64,000 nt of DNA from Candidatus Bathyarchaeia archaeon (GTDB lineage Archaea; Thermoproteota; Bathyarchaeia; Bathyarchaeales; Bathycorpusculaceae). Position 1 is the first letter of the stretch. Every line of letters begins with the position of its first letter. Under the pieces are notes generated by a model, which was not told where the DNA came from, did no database searches, and was given only the letters and a program-made list of their open reading frames with translations. This document shows positions 28,844-37,951 of the stretch, piece after piece. The stretch spans positions 96,001 through 160,000 of the forward strand of contig JBEKWR010000002.1 in NCBI GenBank assembly GCA_049512935.1, written 5' to 3'. The translations under genes and the position numbers were made by a program.

Positions 28844-29653
28844 TTGTCCGAATTGGACAAGACAGATCTATTAATGGGACTGGGGTTAAGCCCTAATCAA
28901 GCAAAAGTTTATCAAACCATACTTAAATTAGGCAACGTTCCAGTTGGTATGATAGCGAAATCTTCTTCGGTAAGGCGAGAAGATGTATACAAGGTTTTGC
29001 CAGCACTTGAAAAGATGGGTCTAGTAGAAAAGTTACTCGGCAAACCAGCCATGATTCGGGCTACTCCTGTTGCCGGTGCTTTGGCTTCTTTAATAGTTGA
29101 TGAAAAAGTCAAATCTGATGAAAGAATAGCCTCAATGAAAGCGAAATTTCAAGTCCTATCTAAGTCGATGTGGGTACAGCCTATTGTTTTGGGTGAAGAA
29201 GAAAGTCGATATGCTCTAATACCAGAAGGTAAAGCAGTACTCGCTAAAATAAACAGTTTAATTGCCAGCTCTAAAATTAATGTTTTCTGGATTGATACCC
29301 AGAAAGAAATCTCGCATGTCACATCTCTTCTTGTCGCTGAAATCAAAAAAGCAATTCATAACAGAGTGGAAGTTAAAGTGATTATTGAAGATTTCAAACT
29401 TGATGAATCCCAAACGAAAGACGTACAACACACCATAAACATCGAGTCTGTTAGTATTAGGTTTCACCATCAACCCCTGAACCGGTTCGCAGTTTTTGAT
29501 GGCAGAGAAGCCATGATTTCAACCACCAATAGAAAGAGTACGGCTGAAGAAACTTCAGCATTGTGGACAACCGACACCAACCTTATCGGCGTGCTGAAAG
29601 GATACTTTGAGACTGCGTGGAGTGAATCCGAAGAATTAAAAACAAATCAATAA
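28844..29653 (+). CDS. TrmB-family transcription regulator
   Basis: LGLSPNQAKVY...IAKSSSVRREDVYKVL..LEKMGLV; C-terminal FAVFDGREA...ALWT. Confidence 0.88.
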   Translation: MSELDKTDLLMGLGLSPNQAKVYQTILKLGNVPVGMIAKSSSVRREDVYKVLPALEKMGLVEKLLGKPAMIRATPVAGALASLIVDEKVKSDERIASMKAKFQVLSKSMWVQPIVLGEEESRYALIPEGKAVLAKINSLIASSKINVFWIDTQKEISHVTSLLVAEIKKAIHNRVEVKVIIEDFKLDESQTKDVQHTINIESVSIRFHHQPLNRFAVFDGREAMISTTNRKSTAEETSALWTTDTNLIGVLKGYFETAWSESEELKTNQ

Positions 29654-29828
29654 ACAACTAAAGTAACCTATCGATAACAAACTTGGGAAAGTTACGCTTT
29701 AAATCGTTCAAACAATTCAACTTCTCGCAAAGTAGGCCAAACATCAAATCGCCAAAAAAGTACACTGTGTTTTTGTTTGAAGAAACAAGTTTGTTTTCCC
29801 AATAATTTATAGGTGACATCTGTGAGGA

Positions 29829-30161
29829 TTAACAATATTCTTTGTGTTCATTCTGGTTAAGTTCATTCTTTGCTTTGGTTAAAGGGATTTCACTTCTAAT
29901 TTTCACAGTTGGAATCACTTGGTTCAGTTCTTTGAAGTACCTGATCAAGTACAAGCCACGCTCAGTAATCGCGTAAACAATTCTATCCCGCTCAACATAC
30001 TTCGCTTCAACTGCACCTTGTGTAATCAGAAAATCAAAATAATTCTTCAGTACGTTGCAGTTGAGGTTAGCCTTTTGCATTACGTGAGTTATCTTTAAAG
30101 GACCATGACTAGCTAATGTCTCAAGAATGCTCAAACACGTTTCCAGTTTGGATCGTCTCAA
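29829..30161 (-). CDS. Winged-HTH regulator (RRSKLE type)
   Basis: RRSKLE...THVMQKANLN...YAITERG. Confidence 0.8.
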   Translation of the reverse strand: MRRSKLETCLSILETLASHGPLKITHVMQKANLNCNVLKNYFDFLITQGAVEAKYVERDRIVYAITERGLYLIRYFKELNQVIPTVKIRSEIPLTKAKNELNQNEHKEYC

Positions 30162-30317
30162 ATTTAGATTTTCCCTTTTCGAAGTTAAATTACTGTTTTA
30201 ATGTTTTACCGCATATTTGCTATTGTTCTGCCTCATAAAGGCGGGTCGACCAGTTAATGTATCCTTCGAGAGTAAACGCGCATGAATGCTCATCGCGCCT
30301 CTATCAGAATCAAGAAA

Positions 30318-30638
30318 CTAAGTATCGTTTTGTTGGGTCATTTTTATCAGTGTAAGTTGGCTTAGCAGTTGATTGATTTTGCCAGAGGTGACTGCCCTCT
30401 TCTGAGTGTTTCTTTCTTTTTTTCTGTGTTCGGCAACATGAGTCTTGATGGCACGATTCATAGCCTGTAAATCTGGCACCACCAGTATTTCGGCTCCGCA
30501 TTCGCAACTAATGATTGGCAAACCTTCCTTCAAGCGCCCATCCACTTCAGCGGATTTGCCTTCTAGAATGTTAGCAATTCCTATTTCTTCTGTTGGCAAC
30601 AATTTCTGAATTCTCTTAACTCTACTTCCACTACGCAT
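30318..30638 (-). CDS. Hypothetical protein with CxC...HxxxH Zn-binding motif
   Basis: ISCECGAEIL...AIKTHVAEH. Confidence 0.6.
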   Translation of the reverse strand: MRSGSRVKRIQKLLPTEEIGIANILEGKSAEVDGRLKEGLPIISCECGAEILVVPDLQAMNRAIKTHVAEHRKKERNTQKRAVTSGKINQLLSQLTLIKMTQQNDT

Positions 30639-30828
30639 CTAAACTCGAAAATCTCCGTTCACTTTCTTAATGGCTAACTATATTCAAGTAAATTCTTTTT
30701 ATGGTCATGTCTGTATAACCCTCCATCTACAAGGTTAAAATGTCTTCAGATGTACTTGTTTAGCTAAAACTGCCAGTCGATTTGCACATAAAAGTCCCTG
30801 ATCTGATAGATGTTGGATTTTAGAAGAA

Positions 30829-31011
30829 TCATGTGCAGAAGCCTAAGTCTAAAAAAGCACTTCCAACAGAATAATCGTTCTGTTCAGTTGGATCCTCCCA
30901 ATGAAGGCTCCAGCCAATCCACCAGAGAAAGACGGCTATTGGCATTAAAAGGAAAACGCGTGCCCTTCTTCTCCGATGTCGAGGCTGGATGCATATTGCG
31001 TTTTTATTCAT
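30829..31011 (-). CDS. Small membrane protein
   Basis: Basic patch followed by FLLMPIAVFLWWIGWSL. Confidence 0.5.
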   Translation of the reverse strand: MNKNAICIQPRHRRRRARVFLLMPIAVFLWWIGWSLHWEDPTEQNDYSVGSAFLDLGFCT

Positions 31012-31189
31012 ACCTCATAAGGTATAGGGGTTTTTCTGCCTCTTTTCGTCTTTTTTGCTGAGGAATATTCTTTGCGTTATTGATGCTAATAGCCATTTTC
31101 GAGGTCTCCTGTCTTAGTCCTTCTTGAATGATGAAGTAGAATTCATCGTCGTTTAGGAGTTTTTCATATTTCTTGTCTTGAGAACTCGC
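31004..31189 (-). CDS. 61-aa ORF with non-canonical (GCG) or mutated start
   Basis: Perfect SD GGAGGTGA then GAAA-GCG; open frame ends in ATGAATAA overlap with the next ORF. Confidence 0.4.
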   Translation of the reverse strand, partial: ASSQDKKYEKLLNDDEFYFIIQEGLRQETSKMAISINNAKNIPQQKRRKEAEKPLYLMRYE

Positions 31190-31723
31190 TTTCTCACCTC
31201 CCGTGGAAATAAACTGTGCTCTCCTTAGACGCTATTCTTTGTTGCATTTCGGAAAGATTTTTTGAAACTTCCTCCATGCGACTACTCTCAAGCTAGCGAA
31301 TCTTGCTTTTAGGGGGGAAGGAGGACAGATAGAGGCGGTCATAACTGTTTTAGCAAGATTCGCTGCTTACCATGAACATTGATTTAAATTATATATTAAT
31401 ACTATGAATTTGAAATTCATGTTTTTGGCTAACAATGAAACTGGTGCCCCAAAACCAATTACTTGACAATGCAAAATTAAATACGGTCATATTGTCAACA
31501 AAAGACCAAGAAAGCCGTTTTACAATAACCAAGTTTTTGCATTTGAAATGTGCATTTTTAAATATTATTATCAGATAATAAATGTAATTTTCTAATATTC
31601 CATGAGTTAATTCATTATGCCTATAAGCTTGTATCACCACTATAGTGCATGGAGAAGCGTGCACTAACCCCGTGAATAGAAGTGCGTTGTTAAGAAAAAT
31701 GCGCGTCAAAAAAAAGATAATGT

Positions 31724-32017
31724 ATGAGAAGATCTAAACTGGAAATACATGTGGATATCCTGAAGACCTTGGCTCACTGGGGTCCGTTGAAACTGACGCG
31801 CGTCATGTACAAGGCTAACGTTAACTGCAGCGTGCTGAAGGTGTACCTTGACTTCTTGACCAAGCAGGGGCTGGTTGAAGAGAAAATCATTAGAAAAGAA
31901 AGATTAGTCTATGCGATCACGCAACGCGGCGTGACAGTGCTCAAGTATTTCAGAGAGCTCAAAGAAGCACTTCCCATAGTTGAAGAAACAGGAAACAAAG
32001 CATCCCATCCGTTCTAA
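31724..32017 (+). CDS. Winged-HTH regulator, paralogue of 29829-30161
   Basis: MRRSKLEIHVDIL...GPLKLTRVMYKANVN...YAITQRG. Confidence 0.85.
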   Translation: MRRSKLEIHVDILKTLAHWGPLKLTRVMYKANVNCSVLKVYLDFLTKQGLVEEKIIRKERLVYAITQRGVTVLKYFRELKEALPIVEETGNKASHPF

Positions 32018-32538
32018 AGCGCCAATTCTAGCGCGCGCCTTTTTTTCTTGCTGAACTCCTTTATTTTCGCTTATTTCAGAAAAATGTTCGTTTTCCAAGC
32101 TTTTCCTTCCTGCATTTCTTCTTTTTGAGCGGAAAAATCTGCCAAAAGAGAAAAATTTAGCGCTCACCACGACGTGAGTCTGGACGGGCCAAAAACTTTG
32201 CCTTCAGGGTTCTCCTTAAACGTCCGTTGTTAACCCAAAACTAGGTCTCCAAATATAGCCTTTTCCCCGTTTTGGCAACACGGCGAGACAGAAATCTGCT
32301 GGTCAAACGAAGACGCCTTGAATAGGAGGTTGCTGCGAAACCCTAAAAGCACAGTTTAACACAGTAGTATTGAAGAATCTGGGCAAGAAGCCTAAATCCG
32401 CGGCTTTCAACGACGGAAACAAGCATGAATAAGCATATTTTAGACACATCGGTGGCAGTTTCCTACGGTTTAAACCCAAAACTGGAGGTGCACTATGTTA
32501 GATGAGGCCTTGTAGGTTTTGCGGAAAACTAGTTCCTC

Positions 32539-32976
32539 TTGAACAATACGTGTGCCCACACTGTGGAGCAGCCAAACCGCATGGATGCGTCTGCCATGAA
32601 CGCATCAAATAAGCGTGGACGCCGAGGGCAATTACTCGGAGGCGGAAAGACGCCTAAAAAGAAGATTCTGTTCGTTTGCACCTACGCGAAAGCTCGAAGC
32701 GCCACTGCCGAAGAGATGTTCAACGGTGTAGGGGGAATCGAAGCTAAATCCGCTGGCACAGCAAAGGATTATCCGAACTGCGTAACTAAGGAACTGATGG
32801 ATTGGGCTGAAGTAATTTTAGTCATGGAAGAGATACACAGGCAGTACTTGATTGAAGTTGATGGTTCATCAGCGCACAAAATTTTGGTACTGGATATACC
32901 AGACTTGTTTGGCAGAAACCAACCTGAATTAATACAGCTCCTCCATGAGAAAGCCCAACCCATCTTAAAATACTAA
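32539..32976 (+). CDS. Low-molecular-weight protein-tyrosine-phosphatase family
   Basis: ILFVCTYAKARS (CX5R), SAGT, LDIPD; best SD points to ACG at 32650. Confidence 0.8.
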   Translation: MNNTCAHTVEQPNRMDASAMNASNKRGRRGQLLGGGKTPKKKILFVCTYAKARSATAEEMFNGVGGIEAKSAGTAKDYPNCVTKELMDWAEVILVMEEIHRQYLIEVDGSSAHKILVLDIPDLFGRNQPELIQLLHEKAQPILKY

Positions 32977-33043
32977 ACATCGATTAGGCGTGGATTCATA
33001 GACGTTTTTGTGGTCAAGTTGTAACCGGAAAAGTGCAACGTAG

Positions 33044-33116
33044 TAGCCCGGGAGAGACTCGAACTCTCGTCAAGGGCTCCAGAGGCCCCTATGCTTGACC
33101 GCTACACCACCGGGCT
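33044..33116 (-). tRNA. tRNA-Gln(CUG)
   Basis: AGCCCGG acceptor, anticodon arm GGGGC-CTCTGGA-GCCCT, T arm GAGAG-TTCGAGT-CTCTC; upstream TTAAATAT box. Confidence 0.95.
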
Positions 33117-33153
33117 TCGCGCACAACACAAACATCGTTCACGATATTTAACT

Positions 33154-33366
33154 TTAATGTTGCGATGCGCCGCCGTTGTTTTTCTTCGCTTCCCTGACGC
33201 AGTAGCATTCTTGGCTGACCCTGTTGTAGCTTTCGCAGTGCCACAGCGTCTCAACTATGGGGTCCTTGTTTTGGGCGTAGCGGGTTGAACAGAAAACTTT
33301 GGTTGGGTAATCGTAACTGTTGTGGCTGTCACAGTTGCCGCAGTACTTTTCGTCGTTTTCCGCCAT
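33154..33366 (-). CDS. Small Cys-rich hypothetical protein
   Basis: CGNCDSH...C...HC...ECYC; follows dhs in operon. Confidence 0.65.
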   Translation of the reverse strand: MAENDEKYCGNCDSHNSYDYPTKVFCSTRYAQNKDPIVETLWHCESYNRVSQECYCVREAKKNNGGASQH

Positions 33367-33371
33367 GTTTT

Positions 33372-34394
33372 TCAGCTTCCTTTCCCTGCTGGTTTTTCAA
33401 ACTGCAAGAACGGCGTCCGCTTGAAGCCTTCGCCCAGCCGTTCAGTCACGGAGGCAACCAGGAACGGGAAAACCATAAGCGCTTCGCCGATGACCATCAC
33501 GTGGTCTGCTTCACCCTTCATTTTTCCCCAACTCACCGTCTCCTCCAACGTTGAACCCGACAAGCCGCCCGTTTCAGGCCTATCCAGGGTGATGACGATG
33601 CCGTAGTCTAAGCCTTTCTTGGATGCCAGGGCGGATGACTGGATTGTGTTGCGTGGCACTCCGCCGCCGATGACTATCATCCCGTTCTTGGGTGATTTGG
33701 CGCAGATTCCGCAGATGGTCGGCACATCCTTGAAAGCGTCTAACTGCAGCACGGGCTTTGGCTTTTCCTGTGCGGCGTGGAGCCAGTGGATGAAGCCGAA
33801 TTCTGAGTCGCGTACGGCTGGGAGGAATATGGGCACGTTTTTTTCGTAAGCCGCTCGAAGGATGGAGTTTTTGTCGGAGAGGCGCTTGCCTATTTCCCAG
33901 CTGAACTCGTTAGAAGCTAAGCTTTCCCCTTTTCGTTCGCGGGCGATGTCATCGTAAATTTCAGACATTTTGACGTCTAGTCGAACGTAATCTTCCTCTG
34001 GAACAAGGATATCGTAGATTCGGAAAAGATGGTACTTGTAGAGTTCCGCGTCGTTTACTGCCAAGTTTCCCTTGTAATGATGCCCACCCAAGGCTTCGAT
34101 GGCGTCGTGAACCATGCATGCGCCCGTGCTTACAATCACGTCGACAAGCCTTTTTCTCACCAAATCCGTGATTAGCGTGCGCATTCCCGCGGGAACCACG
34201 GCGCCTGAAAGCGCCAAGAAAACCGTGCAGTCTTTGTCTTTGAGCATTTTCTCGTAGATGTCGCACGCCGTCGATAATCTGCCCGCGCCAAGAGAACCTG
34301 ACTTCTTGTATTGCTGCATCAGTTGGTCAACGGTTTGGGCGCCGCCTATTTTTATGTGCTCAACAGGGTTTTGCAGGTAGTCTTTTCTTTCCAT
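33372..34394 (-). CDS. dys: Deoxyhypusine synthase family
   Basis: SGAVVPAGMR, GGGVPRN, ETGGLSGSTLEETVSWGK (catalytic Lys). Confidence 0.9.
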   Translation of the reverse strand: MERKDYLQNPVEHIKIGGAQTVDQLMQQYKKSGSLGAGRLSTACDIYEKMLKDKDCTVFLALSGAVVPAGMRTLITDLVRKRLVDVIVSTGACMVHDAIEALGGHHYKGNLAVNDAELYKYHLFRIYDILVPEEDYVRLDVKMSEIYDDIARERKGESLASNEFSWEIGKRLSDKNSILRAAYEKNVPIFLPAVRDSEFGFIHWLHAAQEKPKPVLQLDAFKDVPTICGICAKSPKNGMIVIGGGVPRNTIQSSALASKKGLDYGIVITLDRPETGGLSGSTLEETVSWGKMKGEADHVMVIGEALMVFPFLVASVTERLGEGFKRTPFLQFEKPAGKGS

Positions 34395-34485
34395 ACGAGC
34401 TGCGCCTGACCGTTTTTGTTTGATGGATAATGGAGTGCCTTTTTCATATTTAAAGTTGAATCAAATCGGGGAAAAAATTGCTGAC

Positions 34486-34734
34486 TCAAAATTCGCGGTT
34501 ACTGAGCCTTTCCTGGACCTCTTTTAGCCTTTGCTCTGAAAGGTAATATTTCCCGTTGACTTCAATGAAGATTCCGCTCCTGCCAAGCCGTCTCTGCATT
34601 GCCTCTTTAAACCGTGGCGGAAGCCCCAGTTCCTCCGCTGACATGGCTTTTTCAGGGCTGATGGCGCCTTTTTCCTTGAATTTTGCAATTAAGGCGGTAA
34701 TTTGTTTGCGGATTTCTTCTCTATTTCTAAACAT
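34486..34734 (-). CDS. Small basic hypothetical protein
   Basis: 82-aa ORF, KGAISPEKAMSAEELGL...GKYYL. Confidence 0.65.
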   Translation of the reverse strand: MFRNREEIRKQITALIAKFKEKGAISPEKAMSAEELGLPPRFKEAMQRRLGRSGIFIEVNGKYYLSEQRLKEVQERLSNREF

Positions 34735-34754
34735 GGGTTACCACGCCGTTCAGG

Positions 34755-35132
34755 TTACTTTTTTAAAAGCGCCAGAATGCCGCCTATGACGCCGAGGATC
34801 AAGCCGATGAGCCAGCCGCTGCCGACAAAGATGCTGAGCACTGAGAAGATTAAGACGATTACGGCACCCGTGGCTTCCATTCTGGTCCAAATAAGGTAGG
34901 CGCCGACAATGATTACTACTCCGAATGCCACAGCTATTCCACCAAGCACATTCAATGCGACAGCCGCTAGGAATCTGTGCCTGACCACGTCTGAACCAGC
35001 GAACGCTAAAACATCGCCTACCGCGATTCTGACTAGTCCTCTCAGTAGAACCAGTATGCCACCCGCCAAGGAAAACGCAAAGGCGAGACTCGCCCGCTTA
35101 GTTGTAGGTTGCTGAGTGTTTGTTTGCTGCAA
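34755..35132 (-). CDS. Four-TM membrane protein
   Basis: Gly-rich hydrophobic helices, GWLIGLILGVIGGIL. Confidence 0.7.
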   Translation of the reverse strand: MQQTNTQQPTTKRASLAFAFSLAGGILVLLRGLVRIAVGDVLAFAGSDVVRHRFLAAVALNVLGGIAVAFGVVIIVGAYLIWTRMEATGAVIVLIFSVLSIFVGSGWLIGLILGVIGGILALLKK

Positions 35133-35280
35133 AATGCTCTTTCTCCGAAAAATGGCTTAAGCAAGCGCTAATTTAAACCTTCCCAAAACGGCTTTACTGA
35201 GCGTTCATTTTGGTTATAAAACGATTGCTTTATCGGGCGTCCATGCCGTTCAATCGCAGAATTTTCCTTCTCTGGAGCTA

Positions 35281-35404
35281 TGGCGGGCGGGGAGGGATTT
35301 GAACCCTCGACCCCCAACTTAGGAGGCTGCTGCTCTATCCATGCTGTTTAGAAAAACAAAACCCGCGAGAAACTGAGCCTGCTGCCGGGAAAACCGCTCC
35401 GCCC
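35281..35404 (-). tRNA. tRNA-Arg(CCU) with interrupted or missing 5' end (pseudo, intron-containing or att remnant)
   Basis: 35346-35281 gives D-loop through CCA with loop CTCCTAA; 5' pieces GGGCGG and GCTCAG are separated by inserts. Confidence 0.6.
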
Positions 35405-35440
35405 ATAACCGACAATGCCGTCAACATGGGGTCAACATTG

Positions 35441-35570
35441 AAAGTCGCAATCCGCCCATCCCAAAGTCGCAACGTTCAATCAGCCTCAAGCCCTAAACCC
35501 AAAAAGCAACAGGGAACGCAAACTGCCAAGGCCGAAAGTCGCAACTTTCACCAAGGCAAAAGTCGCAACT
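35441..35570. repeat. Four copies of AAAGTCGCAA
   Basis: At 35441, 35463, 35535, 35559; last two extend to CCAAGGC..AAAGTCGCAACT. Confidence 0.8.
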
Positions 35571-35690
35571 TAAAAATTAAAACCAAACAAAAAACCCGCA
35601 AAAACCCCGAAAACAGCGAAAACCAACTGGTTTTGGACAAAAAATATAATACGTTGGATTCAGAGAGAGCTTTTGAGGTTGAAATGAATT

Positions 35691-35885
35691 ATGCCAGTGG
35701 TTCAGGTTTCAGTTTGGGAAGGGATGAGCCCTGAGAACAAGAAGAAAATGGTCGAGGGAATAACCAGAGTGTTCGAGGACATGGGAATCCCGAAAGACGC
35801 CGTAACCGTCATCATTTACGAAGCGCCCAAAAGCAATTGGGCAACAGGCGGAAGATTGCACTCGGAAATTCACGCGAACCGCTAA
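35691..35885 (+). CDS. 4-oxalocrotonate tautomerase family
   Basis: N-terminal catalytic Pro (MPVV), NWATGG; GAGGTTGA SD. Confidence 0.88.
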   Translation: MPVVQVSVWEGMSPENKKKMVEGITRVFEDMGIPKDAVTVIIYEAPKSNWATGGRLHSEIHANR

Positions 35886-35917
35886 CCCGCAAAACACTAA
35901 CCGCGAGGACACACACT

Positions 35918-36211
35918 ATGTCGCAGAAAAAAATCAAGCTCAAAGCAAACGTAAGCAGCGAAAACCCCGCAGCCGTAAAACCCGTTTTGGAACGGATAAT
36001 CGCCGCAAACGGCAGCATAAAAGCAACAGCAGACGGATTTGAAGTCACGGCGGAACTCAAAGGCGAAAGCGCCAAAGACCTCAACCGCACGCTACTTTCT
36101 GAACTTCGCAGGGCAGAAAAGAAAACGAGGCTACGCTCCGAATGGACAGTTGACGGCACAACCGAGAAGTACTTTGACTACGTGCTCAAACAAACACGCA
36201 AAGCCGTTTGA
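35918..36211 (+). CDS. Hypothetical protein
   Basis: Probable ATG 35918 after GAGGA; LNRTLLSELRRAEKKTRLRSEWT. Confidence 0.6.
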   Translation: MSQKKIKLKANVSSENPAAVKPVLERIIAANGSIKATADGFEVTAELKGESAKDLNRTLLSELRRAEKKTRLRSEWTVDGTTEKYFDYVLKQTRKAV

Positions 36212-36503
36212 AAGGCTAAACGCCCGTTTTTCCCCGCTTATTCTTTAGGCAGGTAAACGCAGTAGGGCTCTTCCTGCAAGTAATCCTTGTTTATCCGATA
36301 ACGCCCAGTTCACGACTAATGTCTGCAAATGAAACGCGGCAGTTAAGCTGCGGTTTAAGAGTCACACCTTGAGGCTTACCCAAGAAAACTCTACCGAACA
36401 AACAGTTAGAAAAGCAAGAAATTAACCGTTTGCTTCCAGCCGCCAAGGGCAGTTCTGCGAAGGCTTTTAAAGCTAAACCGCTTGACTCTGGTTTAGGGAC
36501 GAC

Positions 36504-37835
36504 ATGCGCACACGCTTAGCAATTTTAAGTCTTATTCTCATTCTCTCACTAACCCTTACTTTTCCAAGCAACCATATTGCGGTGGCTGCCAGCACTTCCA
36601 GCCAGATCGCTTATGGAGCAAATTTAGCTCAGATGCGCCCACCAATTGACGATTACGCATTCGCTTTTGACGCAAGCATTCCGCCACAGTACGGCGTTAA
36701 CTGGCTTAGAGAAGCAGCGTTTGTGGATCCAGTTCACGCGGCGAATTTCACACAGTTGTATAATCAGTACGCCCCGTACGGGTACAATTGGGAGCTTAGG
36801 CTTGACATTTTAGCCGTAACTGACCTCTATGGAACAAACTGGACCCTGCCACAGTGGGACACGTATGTCACCACCGTAGTTCATGATTTCCCGAACGTTC
36901 ATGTTTGGGAGGTTGGAAATGAAGTTTTAAGCGGACAAACTCAGTACAACACGGGTTACCTTGCAAGCGGGAACCTTTCGCTTGCCTACTTCAACATTCT
37001 GAAGGACGCCTACACGATAGTGAAGCAGCATGACTCTTCAGACACGGTCATAGCTTTTGGTGGTCAAGACATTTTTGTCCCAACCGAGTTAGCGGCTTAC
37101 AATTCAGGAAACTTCCAAGATGCCTCGTATCAGCTTGCAGCGCAGGTGTGGGCAGACGGAGGCGCAAAATACTGTGACGCTATTTCACTGCATTGTTACG
37201 GAGACAACACAGGCGGAGCATGGTTACCAAACGAAACCGTCACCTACAACGGAGTAACCTCGACGCTTACGCTTCAGCAAATATGGAACAGCTACATCAA
37301 CGAGTACGAACAGCTAACAGGCAAGCCAATTTGGTTCACTGAAACGGGAGAACCCATCGACACTCCGCCAAACGACTCGACACCGCCAGTAATCAGCAAT
37401 TCACTGCAAAAACAGGCGGCGTTCCTAACCCAAACCTTCACGTTCCTCTCAAGCTTCTCGTTCACCAAAGCAATCTTCTGGTTCAAACTCGTCGGACTCT
37501 CACAGTACTACGACAACAGCGGTAACTTCCTCTTCACTTTGGACGATGGACTCTTCAACCAAGACGGAACAGCAAGACCCGCCACTGAAGCCTTCCAAAG
37601 CTTCGCACAGCCCACGGCAGTCTCCTCTCCAACTCCAACTGCGCCGTCGAACACATCAACCCCAACGCCATCCCCGTCCTTCTCCGCATCTCCCACGAGT
37701 TCACCTTCGCCAACAAACACGATCCCAGAATTCCAAAACTCCGTTTTAATAACCACATTGTTTGCCTCGGTAACACTGCTCCTTTTCTTTAAACACGCGA
37801 AGAAAGTCAAAAGCGGGGTTTCATTGAACCATTAA
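36504..37835 (+). CDS. Secreted clan GH-A glycoside hydrolase with S/T/P linker and PEF-CTERM anchor
   Basis: Signal peptide; WEVGNE acid/base; PIWFTETG nucleophile; IPEF-TM-basic tail. Confidence 0.8.
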   Translation: MRTRLAILSLILILSLTLTFPSNHIAVAASTSSQIAYGANLAQMRPPIDDYAFAFDASIPPQYGVNWLREAAFVDPVHAANFTQLYNQYAPYGYNWELRLDILAVTDLYGTNWTLPQWDTYVTTVVHDFPNVHVWEVGNEVLSGQTQYNTGYLASGNLSLAYFNILKDAYTIVKQHDSSDTVIAFGGQDIFVPTELAAYNSGNFQDASYQLAAQVWADGGAKYCDAISLHCYGDNTGGAWLPNETVTYNGVTSTLTLQQIWNSYINEYEQLTGKPIWFTETGEPIDTPPNDSTPPVISNSLQKQAAFLTQTFTFLSSFSFTKAIFWFKLVGLSQYYDNSGNFLFTLDDGLFNQDGTARPATEAFQSFAQPTAVSSPTPTAPSNTSTPTPSPSFSASPTSSPSPTNTIPEFQNSVLITTLFASVTLLLFFKHAKKVKSGVSLNH

Positions 37836-37951
37836 CCTTCAAAAGCTCTTCAAAAGCTAAAAAGAGAATTTGAAATAAAGAGACTTTCGCGGTCTTGCTT
37901 CAGAAAAGTTATTACCTTCAAAACTTACCTAGTTGCGATTAAGGAAAAAGG

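Larger units (their letters stand above)
28453..33041. mobile_element. 4.6-kb regulator-rich islet between att copy and tRNA-Gln
   Basis: Bracketed by the 27-bp imperfect direct repeat; AT-rich; no integrase of its own. Confidence 0.6.

Noticed and set aside
35441-35570. AAAGTCGCAA repeats as mini-CRISPR
   Set aside because: Repeats are too short and spacing is irregular
37610-37725. Low-complexity repeat in the glycosidase gene
   Set aside because: Ordinary Ser/Thr/Pro linker
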